Numbered from the stretch's first letter, positions 1-10,043 are shown. The stretch is DNA of 64,000 nucleotides from Rikenellaceae bacterium (GCA_022771245.1 JALFCH010000033.1:2347-66346); one strand, 5' to 3'. Program-made: numbers and translations. Notes: generated by a model not told the origin, from the sequence alone.

Positions 1-414
1 TTGGGCTGATTTGCGAAGACAATGCTGCTGCCAAGGTACAAGATTGGAATGATGCTCTGCAGCAGATACTATCACATTGTCCCCTTCTCCGACAAATGCC
101 TCGCAGAAGGAATATGCAACCAGGTTAATGGAAGCAGTGGTGCCTGAAGTGAAGATGATTTCTGAGGTTGATTCAGCCCCTATGAATTCCCTTACAGCCT
201 CTCTGGCGGTCTCATAGTGTTCCGTGGCCTGATCAGCAAGATGGTGGACTGCACGGTGTATGTTTGCATTGGCTGTCCGTGCCCATTCATCCTGCATTTT
301 CAATACAGTATCCAGCCTCTGGGATGTGGCGGCATTGTCAAAATAGACCAGTTGCCTGCCATAAACCTCTGCAGAAAGTGCCGGAAATTGTTTTCTGATA
401 TCCTGTATAGTCAT
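1..414 (-). CDS. sufS: Cysteine desulfurase, SufS family (5' part; runs off the window edge)
   Basis: Not in the ORF track. Manual translation from ATG at 414: MTIQDIRKQFPAL...LVYFDNAATSQ...ANIHRAVH...IIFTSGTTASINLVA...EHHSNLVPWQ, the characteristic SufS motifs. Open to position 1. Confidence 0.93.
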   Translation of the reverse strand, partial: MTIQDIRKQFPALSAEVYGRQLVYFDNAATSQRLDTVLKMQDEWARTANANIHRAVHHLADQATEHYETAREAVREFIGAESTSEIIFTSGTTASINLVAYSFCEAFVGEGDNVIVSAAEHHSNLVPWQQHCLRKSAQ

Positions 415-433
415 TGTCTGAATATTGTGACTG

Positions 434-482
434 CAAAATTACAAAATAGTATTCTATCTTGGGATAATTTGTTTTAATTTTG
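434..482. promoter_or_regulatory. Back-to-back Bacteroidota -7 promoter elements for sufS (-) and ruvA (+)
   Basis: CAAAATTA at 434-441 (TAATTTTG on -) and TAATTTTG at 475-482 both match TAnnTTTG and face the divergent genes. Confidence 0.6.
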
Positions 483-549
483 CGCCTGCGGCTGAATAAT
501 TCAAGTCTCCAAAATGATTACTTTGTGAATATTTCAGAACTGGAACGAT

Positions 550-1140
550 ATGATTGACTACATCAAAGGCGAGATTACGGAATTGAATCCGACAGAAATG
601 ACATTGGAGTGTAACGGAATAGGCTATAAAATCCTGATTTCCCTCCAGACCTACGACAAACTCAAGCAAAGCCGTGAAGCCAAAATCTATATCCATCACT
701 ATCTGAGGGAAGACGATGAGCAGTATTTCGGGTTTGCGGGCAAGGATGAAAGGGAATTGTTCCGTCTTCTGATAGGAGTTTCAGGCATAGGTGCAGCGAC
801 TGCCAGAATGATGTTGTCATCCTTGAGTTCTGATGAATTGAGAACTGCAATTCTATCCGAAGACATCAATAAAATCAAAAGCATCAAGGGAATCGGTCTC
901 AAGTCAGCACAGAGACTCATACTCGAACTCAAGGACAAAATTTCAAAAGGTGAAGGCAGCAGTCAGAACACCATTTTCCAGACATCCGGAGCAAATCCGA
1001 ATCTGGAAGAAGCTACTACTGCACTTGTTATGCTTGGATTCACAAAACCCAATGTTACGAAAGCCCTTGCTGCAGTCCTTAAGGAAACACCTGATGCCAA
1101 TCTGGAGCAATTGATAAAATTAGGTCTGAAAAGACTCTGA
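550..1140 (+). CDS. ruvA: Holliday junction branch migration protein RuvA
   Basis: MIDYIKG start, HhH motifs GVSGIG and KGIGLKSAQRLILELKDK, C-terminal ALVMLGF; 196 aa. Confidence 0.97.
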   Translation: MIDYIKGEITELNPTEMTLECNGIGYKILISLQTYDKLKQSREAKIYIHHYLREDDEQYFGFAGKDERELFRLLIGVSGIGAATARMMLSSLSSDELRTAILSEDINKIKSIKGIGLKSAQRLILELKDKISKGEGSSQNTIFQTSGANPNLEEATTALVMLGFTKPNVTKALAAVLKETPDANLEQLIKLGLKRL

Positions 1141-1180
1141 GCAAGCTGCGACAAGTGAGTAGACTGCCCGACAAAAGCTA

Positions 1181-3193
1181 TTACCGTCCGAAATAGACAA
1201 GCAAAACAGAAATATCAGACGGGGAAACCCCGGAAATACGTGAAGCCTGAGCAATGGTCCGCGGGGCATATTTCTTGAGTTTCTGACGACATTCAATTGA
1301 GAGGCTCTGCACGCGGTCAAAATCAAAATCCTCAGGAATGATAAGATTCTCCAGACGGTGAAGTTTGTCAGCCTGCTGTTTTTCCCTGTCAATATACCCC
1401 TTGTATTTAATAAGGATATCAGAAACGCTCAAAACAGATTTTCTTGTCTGTTCATCCAGCATTCCTCCCCTATCCTCAACATCAGGAGCAAGTCCGTCGA
1501 AATTCTTCAAATTCCTCATAGATTCAAAAAACTCAGAACCTTCAAAAGCTTTTTCTGAATCAAACTGAAGAACTTTATCCATCTCATACTTATCAAAAGT
1601 TCCACGTGGAACAATTTCGAATAAATCGGAAACAAAAACATCAGGACGGGATACAAGGTCAGAAATGGTTTTCTTATGAGGAATCTCTGCTGAATTCTTC
1701 TGACTTAGATAAGAATTGACTGTTTCAGGCTTCAACGAAACAGTAGAGCAGAAATCAATAACTTGCTGAACTGCATCATACTTGCGCATTATAAAATCAT
1801 ATCTTTGCTTATCAGCTAAACCTAATTCAAAAGCAAGCGGGGTAAGCCTGAAGTCTGCATTATCCTGACGCAAAAGAATTCGATATTCAGCTCTTGAAGT
1901 AAACATACGATAAGGTTCATCAACACCTTTCGTAATAAGGTCATCAATTAGGACACCTATATAAGCCTGATCTCTTCTGAGAATAAACGGATCTTTTCCG
2001 GCAACCTTCAAATGAGCATTTATACCGGCAATCAAACCTTGTGCAGCAGCCTCCTCATAACCTGTTGTGCCGTTAACCTGGCCAGCGAGGAATAAACCCG
2101 GGATATTTTTCAACTCTAAGGAAGCAGATAACTGGGTAGGGTCAAAATAATCATACTCGACTGCATAGGCAGGTCTGAAAATCTTTACATTCTCCAAACC
2201 TTTAATATGGTGCAGGGCATTGAGTTGAGTTTCCAATGGAAGTGATGAGGAAAATCCCTGTAGGTAATATTCATTGGTATATCTCCCCTCCGGTTCAAGA
2301 AACAACTGATGCTCTGTCTTGTCCGCAAAAGTGCGGAGTTTATCTTCTATACTCGGACAATAGCGTGGACCTATGCCTGTAATTTTGCCGGAGAATAGAG
2401 GTGAATCCATAAACGAATCTCTAAGTATGGAATGAACCTCTTCATTTGTATGAAGTATAAAACAAGGCATCTGACCCTGACCTGATTGGGCTGCAGACAG
2501 GATAGGAAGATAGGAAAACCTCTCAGGTTCTGAATCTCCAGTCTGGACAGGAAGTGAACTGATGTCAACAGAAGAAATATCTATGCGGGGAGGAGTACCG
2601 GTCTTCATCCTACCGGTAACTACGCCCATGGACTTCAACTGTTCTGTGAGACCATAGGAAGACAACTCCCCTATCCTTCCGCCTGAAAAATCGTTATGCC
2701 CTATGAAAAGACGACCTGACAAGAATGTTCCTGCCGTCAAAACAACTGCTTGAGATTTGAAAATTGCACCGGTAGTTGTACGGCAGCCCACAATTTTCGA
2801 ATTCTCAAACAGAAAATCCGTCACAATATCTTGGTAAATATCTAATTTACAAGTAGTTTCGAGAATTTTGCGCCATATTCTTGAAAAGCGTTCTTTATCG
2901 CATTGTGCTCGGGGACTCCACATTGCAGGACCTTTGGAACGGTTCAGCATTCTAAACTGAAGAGTGGAAGCATCAGTAACCACACCCATACATCCTCCGA
3001 GAGCGTCAATCTCCCTGACAATCTGTCCCTTGGCGATACCACCTACAGCAGGATTACAGGACATTTGGGCAAACTTGTTCATATCCATAGTAATCAGGAG
3101 AGTGCTGGAGCCCAAACGAGCCGACGCCACAGCTGCCTCACAACCTGCGTGGCCGCCTCCTATTACTATTACATCATATTCAAGATTCAGCAT
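1181..3193 (-). CDS. mnmG: tRNA uridine-5-carboxymethylaminomethyl(34) synthesis enzyme MnmG (GidA)
   Basis: [68 protein letters not shown]. Confidence 0.98.
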   Translation of the reverse strand: MLNLEYDVIVIGGGHAGCEAAVASARLGSSTLLITMDMNKFAQMSCNPAVGGIAKGQIVREIDALGGCMGVVTDASTLQFRMLNRSKGPAMWSPRAQCDKERFSRIWRKILETTCKLDIYQDIVTDFLFENSKIVGCRTTTGAIFKSQAVVLTAGTFLSGRLFIGHNDFSGGRIGELSSYGLTEQLKSMGVVTGRMKTGTPPRIDISSVDISSLPVQTGDSEPERFSYLPILSAAQSGQGQMPCFILHTNEEVHSILRDSFMDSPLFSGKITGIGPRYCPSIEDKLRTFADKTEHQLFLEPEGRYTNEYYLQGFSSSLPLETQLNALHHIKGLENVKIFRPAYAVEYDYFDPTQLSASLELKNIPGLFLAGQVNGTTGYEEAAAQGLIAGINAHLKVAGKDPFILRRDQAYIGVLIDDLITKGVDEPYRMFTSRAEYRILLRQDNADFRLTPLAFELGLADKQRYDFIMRKYDAVQQVIDFCSTVSLKPETVNSYLSQKNSAEIPHKKTISDLVSRPDVFVSDLFEIVPRGTFDKYEMDKVLQFDSEKAFEGSEFFESMRNLKNFDGLAPDVEDRGGMLDEQTRKSVLSVSDILIKYKGYIDREKQQADKLHRLENLIIPEDFDFDRVQSLSIECRQKLKKYAPRTIAQASRISGVSPSDISVLLVYFGR
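1598..1613. promoter_or_regulatory. parS centromere-like site inside mnmG
   Basis: AGTTCCACGTGGAACA has a perfect 14-bp palindromic core GTTCCACGTGGAAC and matches the parS-type palindrome TGTTCCACGTGGAACA at 15/16. Confidence 0.8.
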
Positions 3194-3215
3194 TATTCAG
3201 AAGAAAATCTAATAA

Positions 3216-3635
3216 TTACAATAATTCACGCAAGGAAAGATAATAATTTTCCTTCATTCTCATAACAGCGGTTTCCTCTACCGTATGGTCATCGTATCCG
3301 ATCAAATGGAGCAGTCCGTGGATGATGACTCGGTTAAGTTCATCCTTAAAATCAGTTCCATATTCGATTGAATTCTCCCTGACGGAATCAATGCTGATGA
3401 AAAGGTCACCAGAAAGATTGTCGCCTTCGCAATAGTCAAAGGTGATGATATCAGTGAAATAATCGTGACCAAGGTATTTCTGATTTATGTCAAGTATATA
3501 TGGATCCGAACAGAAAATAATGGATATATCAGATATTCTGCGGATTTCACTCTCTGCAGTGAGACGGAGCCATTGATTCGTGCGGCGCTTTTCCCTGAAC
3601 TTGAAATCAACGTCTTGAAAGTAGTATGAAATCAT
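3216..3635 (-). CDS. ybeY: rRNA maturation endoribonuclease YbeY
   Basis: TDIITFDY, GDLFIS and the HGLLHLIGYDDH metal motif. ATG at 3635 is preferred over the ORF-track start at 3668. Confidence 0.95.
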   Translation of the reverse strand: MISYYFQDVDFKFREKRRTNQWLRLTAESEIRRISDISIIFCSDPYILDINQKYLGHDYFTDIITFDYCEGDNLSGDLFISIDSVRENSIEYGTDFKDELNRVIIHGLLHLIGYDDHTVEETAVMRMKENYYLSLRELL

Positions 3636-3791
3636 AAAAATTACTCGGACAGAGTGATCAGCTGTCAAAATTCGCTCACAAATTTACTACATCTAAACAA
3701 AAAATTTGCTATAAAAATTATTATTTCTAACTTTACACGACTTTATGGGCAGCGCCCTGCAAAAGGAAACAAAATAAAGTAAATCATAGCT

Positions 3792-4481
3792 ATGGAAGTT
3801 AAAAAGACACCAAAAGCAAGTCTGGAAAACAAGAGGACCTTATTCATTGAAATAGGTCTCATCGTTGCTCTTGCAGTAGTGTACATTGCATTCAACTGGA
3901 CTTCTAAGGACGTTCAGGTCAGCACTCTCGAAGCAGAAAATCAGGTAGTGCAGGAAGAGGAGATCATTCCGATTACCCAGGAGACTCCCCCACCGCCACC
4001 AGAAGCTCCGAAGATTCCTGTCCTTTCAGACCAGATCGACATCGTGGATGACGAAATCGAGGTTGACAACGATTTCCTTTCACTCGAGGACAGCGATGAT
4101 ATGGGTGTTGAAATTATGGACTATGTAGAAAACGTGCAGGAAGAGGTCGTAGAAGAGGAAGCCATTCCTTTCCAGCTCGTGGAGGAAAAACCTTCATTTA
4201 TGGGCGGTGATGCGAACCAGTTCTCGGCTTGGGTGAACAAGAGGCTCGTATATCCTGAAATCGCAAAGGAAAACGGCGTTCAGGGTCGAGTTACACTCCA
4301 GTTCACAGTAGAAAAAGACGGAAGCGTGACAAAGGTCAAAGTCCTCAGAGGCGTTGACCCGTCTCTTGACAAGGAAGCAGTCAGAGTGGTGTCTATGTCT
4401 CCGAAATGGAAGCCTGGCAAACAAAGAGACAGGGCCGTTCCGGTAACATACACATTCCCTGTATATTTCCAGTTGAGATAG
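3792..4481 (+). CDS. tonB: Energy transducer TonB
   Basis: MEVKKTPKASLE N-terminus, one TM helix, poly-Pro run, C-terminal YPEIAKENGVQGRV...WKPGKQ TonB_C domain. Confidence 0.93.
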   Translation: MEVKKTPKASLENKRTLFIEIGLIVALAVVYIAFNWTSKDVQVSTLEAENQVVQEEEIIPITQETPPPPPEAPKIPVLSDQIDIVDDEIEVDNDFLSLEDSDDMGVEIMDYVENVQEEVVEEEAIPFQLVEEKPSFMGGDANQFSAWVNKRLVYPEIAKENGVQGRVTLQFTVEKDGSVTKVKVLRGVDPSLDKEAVRVVSMSPKWKPGKQRDRAVPVTYTFPVYFQLR

Positions 4482-4531
4482 CTCCGTGTACATACTACAC
4501 ACACTAAAAATAGCACAAACTACACAAAAAT

Positions 4532-4569
4532 GGGATGGCCAGAAGTGATTTTGGCTATCCCTTATTATT
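4532..4569 (+). terminator. Probable intrinsic terminator after tonB
   Basis: Stem GGGATGGCCAGAA / TTTTGGCTATCCC (with G-U pairs) followed by TTATTATT. Confidence 0.6.
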
Positions 4570-4601
4570 GGAATAAGTAAGTATATTCATATTGCTAAAC
4601 T

Positions 4602-5801
4602 ATGCTGAATTCAGAGCCTATAATCATTAAAAAATACGTAGAAAAGGCAATATTCATAGGTGTTATACGTCAGGACGACGATGAAGCAACCGTAAATGAA
4701 TACCTTGATGAACTCGAATTCCTTGCTGAGACAGCGGGGGTTGAGAAAAAAGGAAGGTTTGTACAGAAGGTAGACAAGCCTGACCCGAGAAGTTATATAA
4801 GAAGCGGTAAATTGGCAGAGATTAAGACCTATATTGATGCAAATGAAATAGACGTAGCCATATTCGACGATGAATTGTCTGCCACTCAAATAAGAAATAT
4901 AGAAAGGGAACTTCAGATAAAGATATTGGACAGAACAAGTCTGATTCTGGATATTTTTGCCCAGAGAGCAAAGACTGCCTATGCAAAAACACAGGTAGAA
5001 CTTGCTCAATATCAATATCTTCTGCCGAGACTTACGAGGATGTGGACCCACCTTGAGAGACAGAAGGGAGGAATTGGAATGAGAGGACCTGGAGAGACTC
5101 AGATTGAGACCGACCGAAGGATAATTCAGGACAAGATTGCAAGGCTCAAAGAACAATTGAAGAAGATTGACAGACAGATGGCTTCTCAAAGGGGAAACAG
5201 AGGGTCTATGGTGAGGATTGCGCTTGTGGGCTATACCAATGTCGGAAAGAGCACACTGATGAACCTGATGGCCAAAACAGACGTATTTGCTGAGAACAAG
5301 CTCTTTGCTACCTTGGACACAACGGTAAGAAAGGTCGTGATTGAGAATGTGCCATTTCTTTTGAGTGATACTGTGGGATTCATAAGAAAACTGCCTACTC
5401 AGCTTGTGGAGGCCTTCAAAAGCACACTAGATGAGGTCAGGGAAGCCGATATTCTTATGCATGTTGTGGACATATCACACCCGGGTCACGAAGACCAGAT
5501 AAGAGTGGTAAATGAAACACTTAGGGACATAGGGGCATCCGACAAGCCTACATATGTGGTCTTCAATAAGATAGATGCTTACAGACACGAAGAGTACGAC
5601 GAGTTTTCACTTGAGCCTAAAAAGCCTGAAAATTACACTCTCGAGGAATATAAACATTCCTGGATAGCAAGGGAAAATACTCCTTGCGTTTTCATTTCCG
5701 CAAAGCAGAAGATCGGTATTGACAAAATGAGGTCTGATCTGTATAAGATGGTGGCTGAAATACACGCCGGGAGATATCCTTTCGATAATTTCCTGTGGTA
5801 G
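4602..5801 (+). CDS. hflX: Ribosome rescue GTPase HflX
   Basis: GPGETQIETDRR, GYTNVGKSTL, LFATLDTT, DTVGF, NKID. Confidence 0.97.
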   Translation: MLNSEPIIIKKYVEKAIFIGVIRQDDDEATVNEYLDELEFLAETAGVEKKGRFVQKVDKPDPRSYIRSGKLAEIKTYIDANEIDVAIFDDELSATQIRNIERELQIKILDRTSLILDIFAQRAKTAYAKTQVELAQYQYLLPRLTRMWTHLERQKGGIGMRGPGETQIETDRRIIQDKIARLKEQLKKIDRQMASQRGNRGSMVRIALVGYTNVGKSTLMNLMAKTDVFAENKLFATLDTTVRKVVIENVPFLLSDTVGFIRKLPTQLVEAFKSTLDEVREADILMHVVDISHPGHEDQIRVVNETLRDIGASDKPTYVVFNKIDAYRHEEYDEFSLEPKKPENYTLEEYKHSWIARENTPCVFISAKQKIGIDKMRSDLYKMVAEIHAGRYPFDNFLW

Positions 5802-5810
5802 AATAGCGAC

Positions 5811-5850
5811 AAAAAAGCCGGGGATGACAAATTTCATTCCCGGCTAAATT
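5811..5850. terminator. Terminator between convergent hflX and sdhB
   Basis: Hairpin AGCCGGGGATGA / TCATTCCCGGCT (5816-5845) preceded by an A6 run, which is a U-tract on the - strand. Confidence 0.75.
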
Positions 5851-5865
5851 ATTGATATTCAGGAA

Positions 5866-6645
5866 TTAATCCTTGAATTTTGCAGAAAGGTACTCCCTGT
5901 TCAGACGAGCGATGTGTCCCACGGTGATATGCTTAGGACATTCCATCTCGCAGGCCCTGGTGTTGGTGCAGGAACCGAATCCGAGTTCGTCCATCTTTGC
6001 AACCATAGCCTTAGCTCTGCGTGCAGCCTCAACCTTACCCTGAGGAAGAAGTGCGAGAGAGCTGACTCTTGCAGCCACAAAGAGCATTGCAGAACCGTTC
6101 TTGCAGGTGGCAACACAAGCACCGCAACCAATACAAGCTGCGCCGTCCATACTTTCCTCAGCATTTTCACGCTTGATAGGAATGGCATTGGCATCAGGCA
6201 CACCGCCAGTGCGGACTGAAACATATCCTCCCGCCTGGAGTATCTTGTCAAAAGCCTGACGGTCCACAACAAGGTCCTTGATTACTGGGAAACCCTTGCT
6301 TCTCCACGGCTCGATGGTGATGGTGTCCCCATCCTTGAACTTGCGCATATGGAGCTGGCAGGTGGTAACCTCATCGTCAGGTCCGTGAGCACGTCCGTTG
6401 ATGTAAAGTGAGCAGGCTCCGCATATTCCCTCACGGCAGTCGTGATCGAAAGACACGGGACCGGAAGACTTGCATCCCTTCTCCACAGCCACAGGGTCCA
6501 TACCCTCGGTTATAAGCTGCTCATTAAGGATATCAAGCATTTCGAGAAAAGAGCTGTCAGGAGATATGCCCTTGACCTTGTAGGTCTCGAAATGGCCCTT
6601 TTCCTTGGCGTTTTTCTGGCGCCATACTTTCAAAGTCAAATCCAT
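5866..6645 (-). CDS. sdhB: Succinate dehydrogenase/fumarate reductase iron-sulfur subunit
   Basis: [23 protein letters not shown] and [13 protein letters not shown] Fe-S motifs. Confidence 0.95.
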   Translation of the reverse strand: MDLTLKVWRQKNAKEKGHFETYKVKGISPDSSFLEMLDILNEQLITEGMDPVAVEKGCKSSGPVSFDHDCREGICGACSLYINGRAHGPDDEVTTCQLHMRKFKDGDTITIEPWRSKGFPVIKDLVVDRQAFDKILQAGGYVSVRTGGVPDANAIPIKRENAEESMDGAACIGCGACVATCKNGSAMLFVAARVSSLALLPQGKVEAARRAKAMVAKMDELGFGSCTNTRACEMECPKHITVGHIARLNREYLSAKFKD

Positions 6646-6650
6646 AGTCC

Positions 6651-8597
6651 TTAATCCTTATAATTTCTTGTTGCGATGTGAATATTCTCGTAGTTGAGAG
6701 GTTCCTTGTGGAGTTCAGGCTCCTGGCCTTCTCCCTTGTACTCCCACGCAGCCACGTACATAAAGTTCTTGTCGTCCCTCTTGGTCTCTCCGTCTTCAGT
6801 CTGCATTTCCTCACGGAAGTGTCCTCCGCAGGATTCGTTGCGGTGAAGGGCATCGATGGCCATAAGTTCTCCTATTTCAAGGAAATCCGCAAGGCGAAGA
6901 GCTTTTTCGAGTTCCTGATTGAAGGTTCCCTGCTCTCCTGCCACATAGACATTGCTCCAGAACTCGGTCTTGAGGTCCCTGATCATCTTGATACCCTCTT
7001 TCAGACCAGCCTCATTGCGGGCCATACCGACGTGCTCCCACATTATGTGACCGAGTTTCTTATGGATGGAGTCCACGGTTTCGGTACCTTTGATGGAAAG
7101 AAGACGCTCAATCTTCTCTCTGACAGCCTTTTCAGCCTCGTCAAACTCAGGGGCTCCGATATCTGTCTTAGGCTCCTTGAACTTGGAAGCGAGATAATCG
7201 CCGATGGTATATGGAAGGATGAAATAACCGTCTGCAAGACCCTGCATAAGCGCAGATGCTCCGAGGCGGTTTCCACCGTGGTCGGAGAAGTTTGCCTCAC
7301 CTATTGCATACAGACCCGGAACAGTTGTCTGAAGATTGTAGTCAACCCAAAGACCACCCATAGTGTAGTGGATTGCCGGATAGATCATCATAGGCTCCTT
7401 ATAAGGGTCTGTGGCAGTAATCTTCTCATACATCTGGAAGAGGTTGCCGTAGCGCTCAGAAATCACCTTCTTGCCCAGACGCTCGATTGCGGTCTTGAAA
7501 TCGAGGAAAACTGCAAGTCCTGTTTCATTCACACCGAAACCGGCATCGCAACGCTCCTTTGCCGCACGGGAAGCCACGTCACGAGGCACGAGGTTTCCGA
7601 ATGCAGGATAACGGCGCTCGAGATAGTAATCCCTATCCTCTTCCGGAATATCAGAAGGCTTGATTTCGTGGTTGCGGAGCTTTGCTACATCTTCCTTTTT
7701 CTTAGGCACCCAGATACGGCCGTCATTACGCAGAGACTCCGACATAAGAGTCAGTTTGGACTGCTGTTCGCCGTGTACAGGAATACAGGTAGGGTGAATC
7801 TGCGCGAAACAAGGGTTTGCGAAGAAAGCGCCCTTCTTGTAGCACTGCCAGGCAGCTGAACCATTGGAGTTCATTGCATTGGTTGAGAGGAAATAGGTGT
7901 TGCCGTATCCTCCGGAAGCGATTACTACAGCGTGTGCTCCGAAACGCTCGATTTCACCTGTAACGAGATTGCGGGCTATGATACCCTTAGCCTCACCATT
8001 GATGAGAACCACATCCAGCATCTCGTGACGCGGATAGGACTTCACAGTACCTGCGGCAATCTGGCGGTTCAAAGCGGCATAGGCTCCGAGAAGAAGCTGT
8101 TGTCCGGTTTGTCCGCGGGCGTAGAAGGTACGGCTCACCTGCGCACCTCCGAAAGAACGGTTGGCGAGAAGTCCGCCATATTCCCTTGCGAAAGGAACTC
8201 CCTGTGCGACACACTGGTCGATGATGTTGTTGCTGACCTCAGCCAGACGATAGACATTGGCTTCGCGGCTGCGGTAGTCACCTCCCTTGATTGTGTCGTA
8301 GAACAGACGATAGATTGAGTCATTGTCGTTCTGATAGTTCTTGGCTGCATTGATACCTCCCTGAGCTGCAATCGAGTGCGCCCTGCGCGGAGAATCGCTG
8401 ATACAGAAGACTTTTACATTGTAGCCGAGTTCACCGAGTGAAGCAGCTGCAGACGCTCCACCGAGACCGGTACCGATGACAATGATTTCCAATTTTTTCT
8501 TGTTGCCGGGAGAGACAACTTTGATCTGAGACTTGTGCTTTGTCCATTTTTCGGCCAAAGGACCCTCAGGAATCTTTGAAATCAATTCTTTTGCCAT
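6651..8597 (-). CDS. sdhA: Succinate dehydrogenase/fumarate reductase flavoprotein subunit
   Basis: [21 protein letters not shown] (FAD-binding His), [30 protein letters not shown]. Confidence 0.96.
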   Translation of the reverse strand: MAKELISKIPEGPLAEKWTKHKSQIKVVSPGNKKKLEIIVIGTGLGGASAAASLGELGYNVKVFCISDSPRRAHSIAAQGGINAAKNYQNDNDSIYRLFYDTIKGGDYRSREANVYRLAEVSNNIIDQCVAQGVPFAREYGGLLANRSFGGAQVSRTFYARGQTGQQLLLGAYAALNRQIAAGTVKSYPRHEMLDVVLINGEAKGIIARNLVTGEIERFGAHAVVIASGGYGNTYFLSTNAMNSNGSAAWQCYKKGAFFANPCFAQIHPTCIPVHGEQQSKLTLMSESLRNDGRIWVPKKKEDVAKLRNHEIKPSDIPEEDRDYYLERRYPAFGNLVPRDVASRAAKERCDAGFGVNETGLAVFLDFKTAIERLGKKVISERYGNLFQMYEKITATDPYKEPMMIYPAIHYTMGGLWVDYNLQTTVPGLYAIGEANFSDHGGNRLGASALMQGLADGYFILPYTIGDYLASKFKEPKTDIGAPEFDEAEKAVREKIERLLSIKGTETVDSIHKKLGHIMWEHVGMARNEAGLKEGIKMIRDLKTEFWSNVYVAGEQGTFNQELEKALRLADFLEIGELMAIDALHRNESCGGHFREEMQTEDGETKRDDKNFMYVAAWEYKGEGQEPELHKEPLNYENIHIATRNYKD

Positions 8598-8630
8598 TAT
8601 ATAAAGGTTTATAGATATTGCATATCAATT

Positions 8631-8680
8631 AGCCTGCAAAAATAATAAAACTTTCATCAAGTTCCACCATTTTGCAGGCT
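8631..8680 (-). terminator. Long hairpin after the ruvB stop that also contains the sdhA -7 promoter element
   Basis: Perfect 11-bp arms AGCCTGCAAAA (8631-8641) and TTTTGCAGGCT (8670-8680). The inner part pairs with G-U only on the - strand RNA. CAAAAATA at 8637-8644 is TATTTTTG on -. Confidence 0.55.
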
Positions 8681-8691
8681 GAACAAGAAGA

Positions 8692-9717
8692 TTAATCGAA
8701 AAGCAGGTTTTCGTCGGGTGCAGCCCTGTCCAATCCGAGGTGCCTGTAGGCCAGTTCCGTCACTTCCCTACCCCTCGGTGTCCTGACTATAAAACCTTCT
8801 TTGATGAGGAATGGCTCATAAACTTCTTCCAAAGTACCCTGGTCCTCCCCTACTGCTGTGGCTATAGTGTTGGCTCCCACAGGTCCGCCCTTGAACTTCG
8901 TGATGATGGTCTTGAGTATCTTGTTGTCGATGGCATCCAGTCCCCTCTTGTCTATGTTCAGGGCATCCAGGGCGTAACGCGCTATCTTGAGGTCAATAAC
9001 GCCATTGCCTACAACCTGGGCAAAATCCCTTACCCTGCGCAAAAGCGAATTGGCTATACGTGGAGTACCCCGGCTCCTGAGGGCAACCTCGTGTGCAGCC
9101 TCCGCATCTATATCCACCTTAAGTATTGATGCACTGCGACATACTATTTTTTCCAAAGTGGAAGTATCATAATATTCCAATGCGCATTTGATGCCGAAAC
9201 GGGCCCTCAGCGGCGAAGTCAGAAGTCCGCTGCGGGTGGTGGCTCCAACCAAAGTGAAAGGATTGAGGGAAAGTCTTATGGAACGGGCTCCAGGACCCTT
9301 GTCCACCATTATGTCTATCACGAAGTCTTCCATTGCGGAATAGAGATACTCTTCCACTACAGGCGATAGCCTGTGGATTTCGTCAATGAAAAGCACGTCA
9401 CCTTCCTCAAGTGAGGTCAAAAGTCCCGCGAGGTCCCCCGGTTTGTCCAGCACAGGGCCTGATGTCACCTTCATATTCACTCCGAGTTCATTGGCGATGA
9501 TATGTGCAAGTGTGGTCTTGCCCAAGCCCGGAGGTCCGTGAAACAGCACGTGATCAAGGGTCTCCCCTCTCATTTTGGCAGCCGCAACGAAGATTTTCAG
9601 ATTCCTTACTATCTTCTCCTGTCCGGAGAAATCCTCAAGTTCCTGCGGTCTTATTATTCCGTCTATTTCCTTATCTTTGCCCGCATTCACATCGTGCGGA
9701 TTGAAGTCTGTCGCCAT
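8692..9717 (-). CDS. ruvB: Holliday junction branch migration helicase RuvB
   Basis: [37 protein letters not shown]...RTPRGR. Start placed at 9717 (or 9723) because a -7 element TATCTTTG lies at 9742-9749 on -. Confidence 0.97.
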   Translation of the reverse strand: MATDFNPHDVNAGKDKEIDGIIRPQELEDFSGQEKIVRNLKIFVAAAKMRGETLDHVLFHGPPGLGKTTLAHIIANELGVNMKVTSGPVLDKPGDLAGLLTSLEEGDVLFIDEIHRLSPVVEEYLYSAMEDFVIDIMVDKGPGARSIRLSLNPFTLVGATTRSGLLTSPLRARFGIKCALEYYDTSTLEKIVCRSASILKVDIDAEAAHEVALRSRGTPRIANSLLRRVRDFAQVVGNGVIDLKIARYALDALNIDKRGLDAIDNKILKTIITKFKGGPVGANTIATAVGEDQGTLEEVYEPFLIKEGFIVRTPRGREVTELAYRHLGLDRAAPDENLLFD

Positions 9718-9782
9718 CGGCATCAAAATTAATATGAAATACAAAGATAAATTTAATTTTGAATCTAATGGTCATATATGTT

Positions 9783-10043
9783 TGTTGAAAATGTTGATAA
9801 CATATACAATAGACTAAAAGTCAATCATTTATATTGTTCAAAACTGTTGATTGACCTATGGATAAATTCTTGGAAAATAATTCCGTAAAATTTTGGAAAT
9901 TTGAATTTTTCCCGGTTATGTACGGATAAAATTCTTATGCAAAAATAGTTTTCATTAGATTTGCACAGTTTTTCAACAGGTTATCAACAGGTAAAATGGA
10001 TAAATTGTTAATAAGTCAAAAATCAGTAGAAAAACTTTCCACA
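9783..10043. other. Candidate replication origin (oriC): DnaA-box cluster
   Basis: TGTTGAAAA 9783, TGTTGATAA 9792, TATGGATAA 9857, TACGGATAA 9921, TTATGCAAA 9935, TTTTCAACA 9970, TTATCAACA 9981, AATGGATAA 9995, TGTTAATAA 10006, CTTTCCACA 10035, all 1-2 mismatches from TTATCCACA or its complement. Very AT-rich; dominant gene orientation flips here. Confidence 0.75.

Noticed and set aside
433-483. Inverted repeat GCAAAATTA...TAATTTTGC
   Set aside because: Fully explained by two back-to-back TAnnTTTG promoters.
4482-4530. A/C-rich low-complexity stretch (ACTACAC twice) in the tonB 3' UTR
   Set aside because: Too short and degenerate to call a repeat array or sRNA without expression data.
6678-7859. 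393-aa ORF antisense to sdhA
   Set aside because: Shadow frame of a highly expressed gene with biased codons; no recognisable motifs, promoter or independent start context.
8631-8680. Possible invertible promoter (11-bp inverted repeats around a -7 element)
   Set aside because: The spacer is only 28 bp, no recombinase is nearby, and the interior pairs through strand-specific G-U pairs, which fits an RNA hairpin better.
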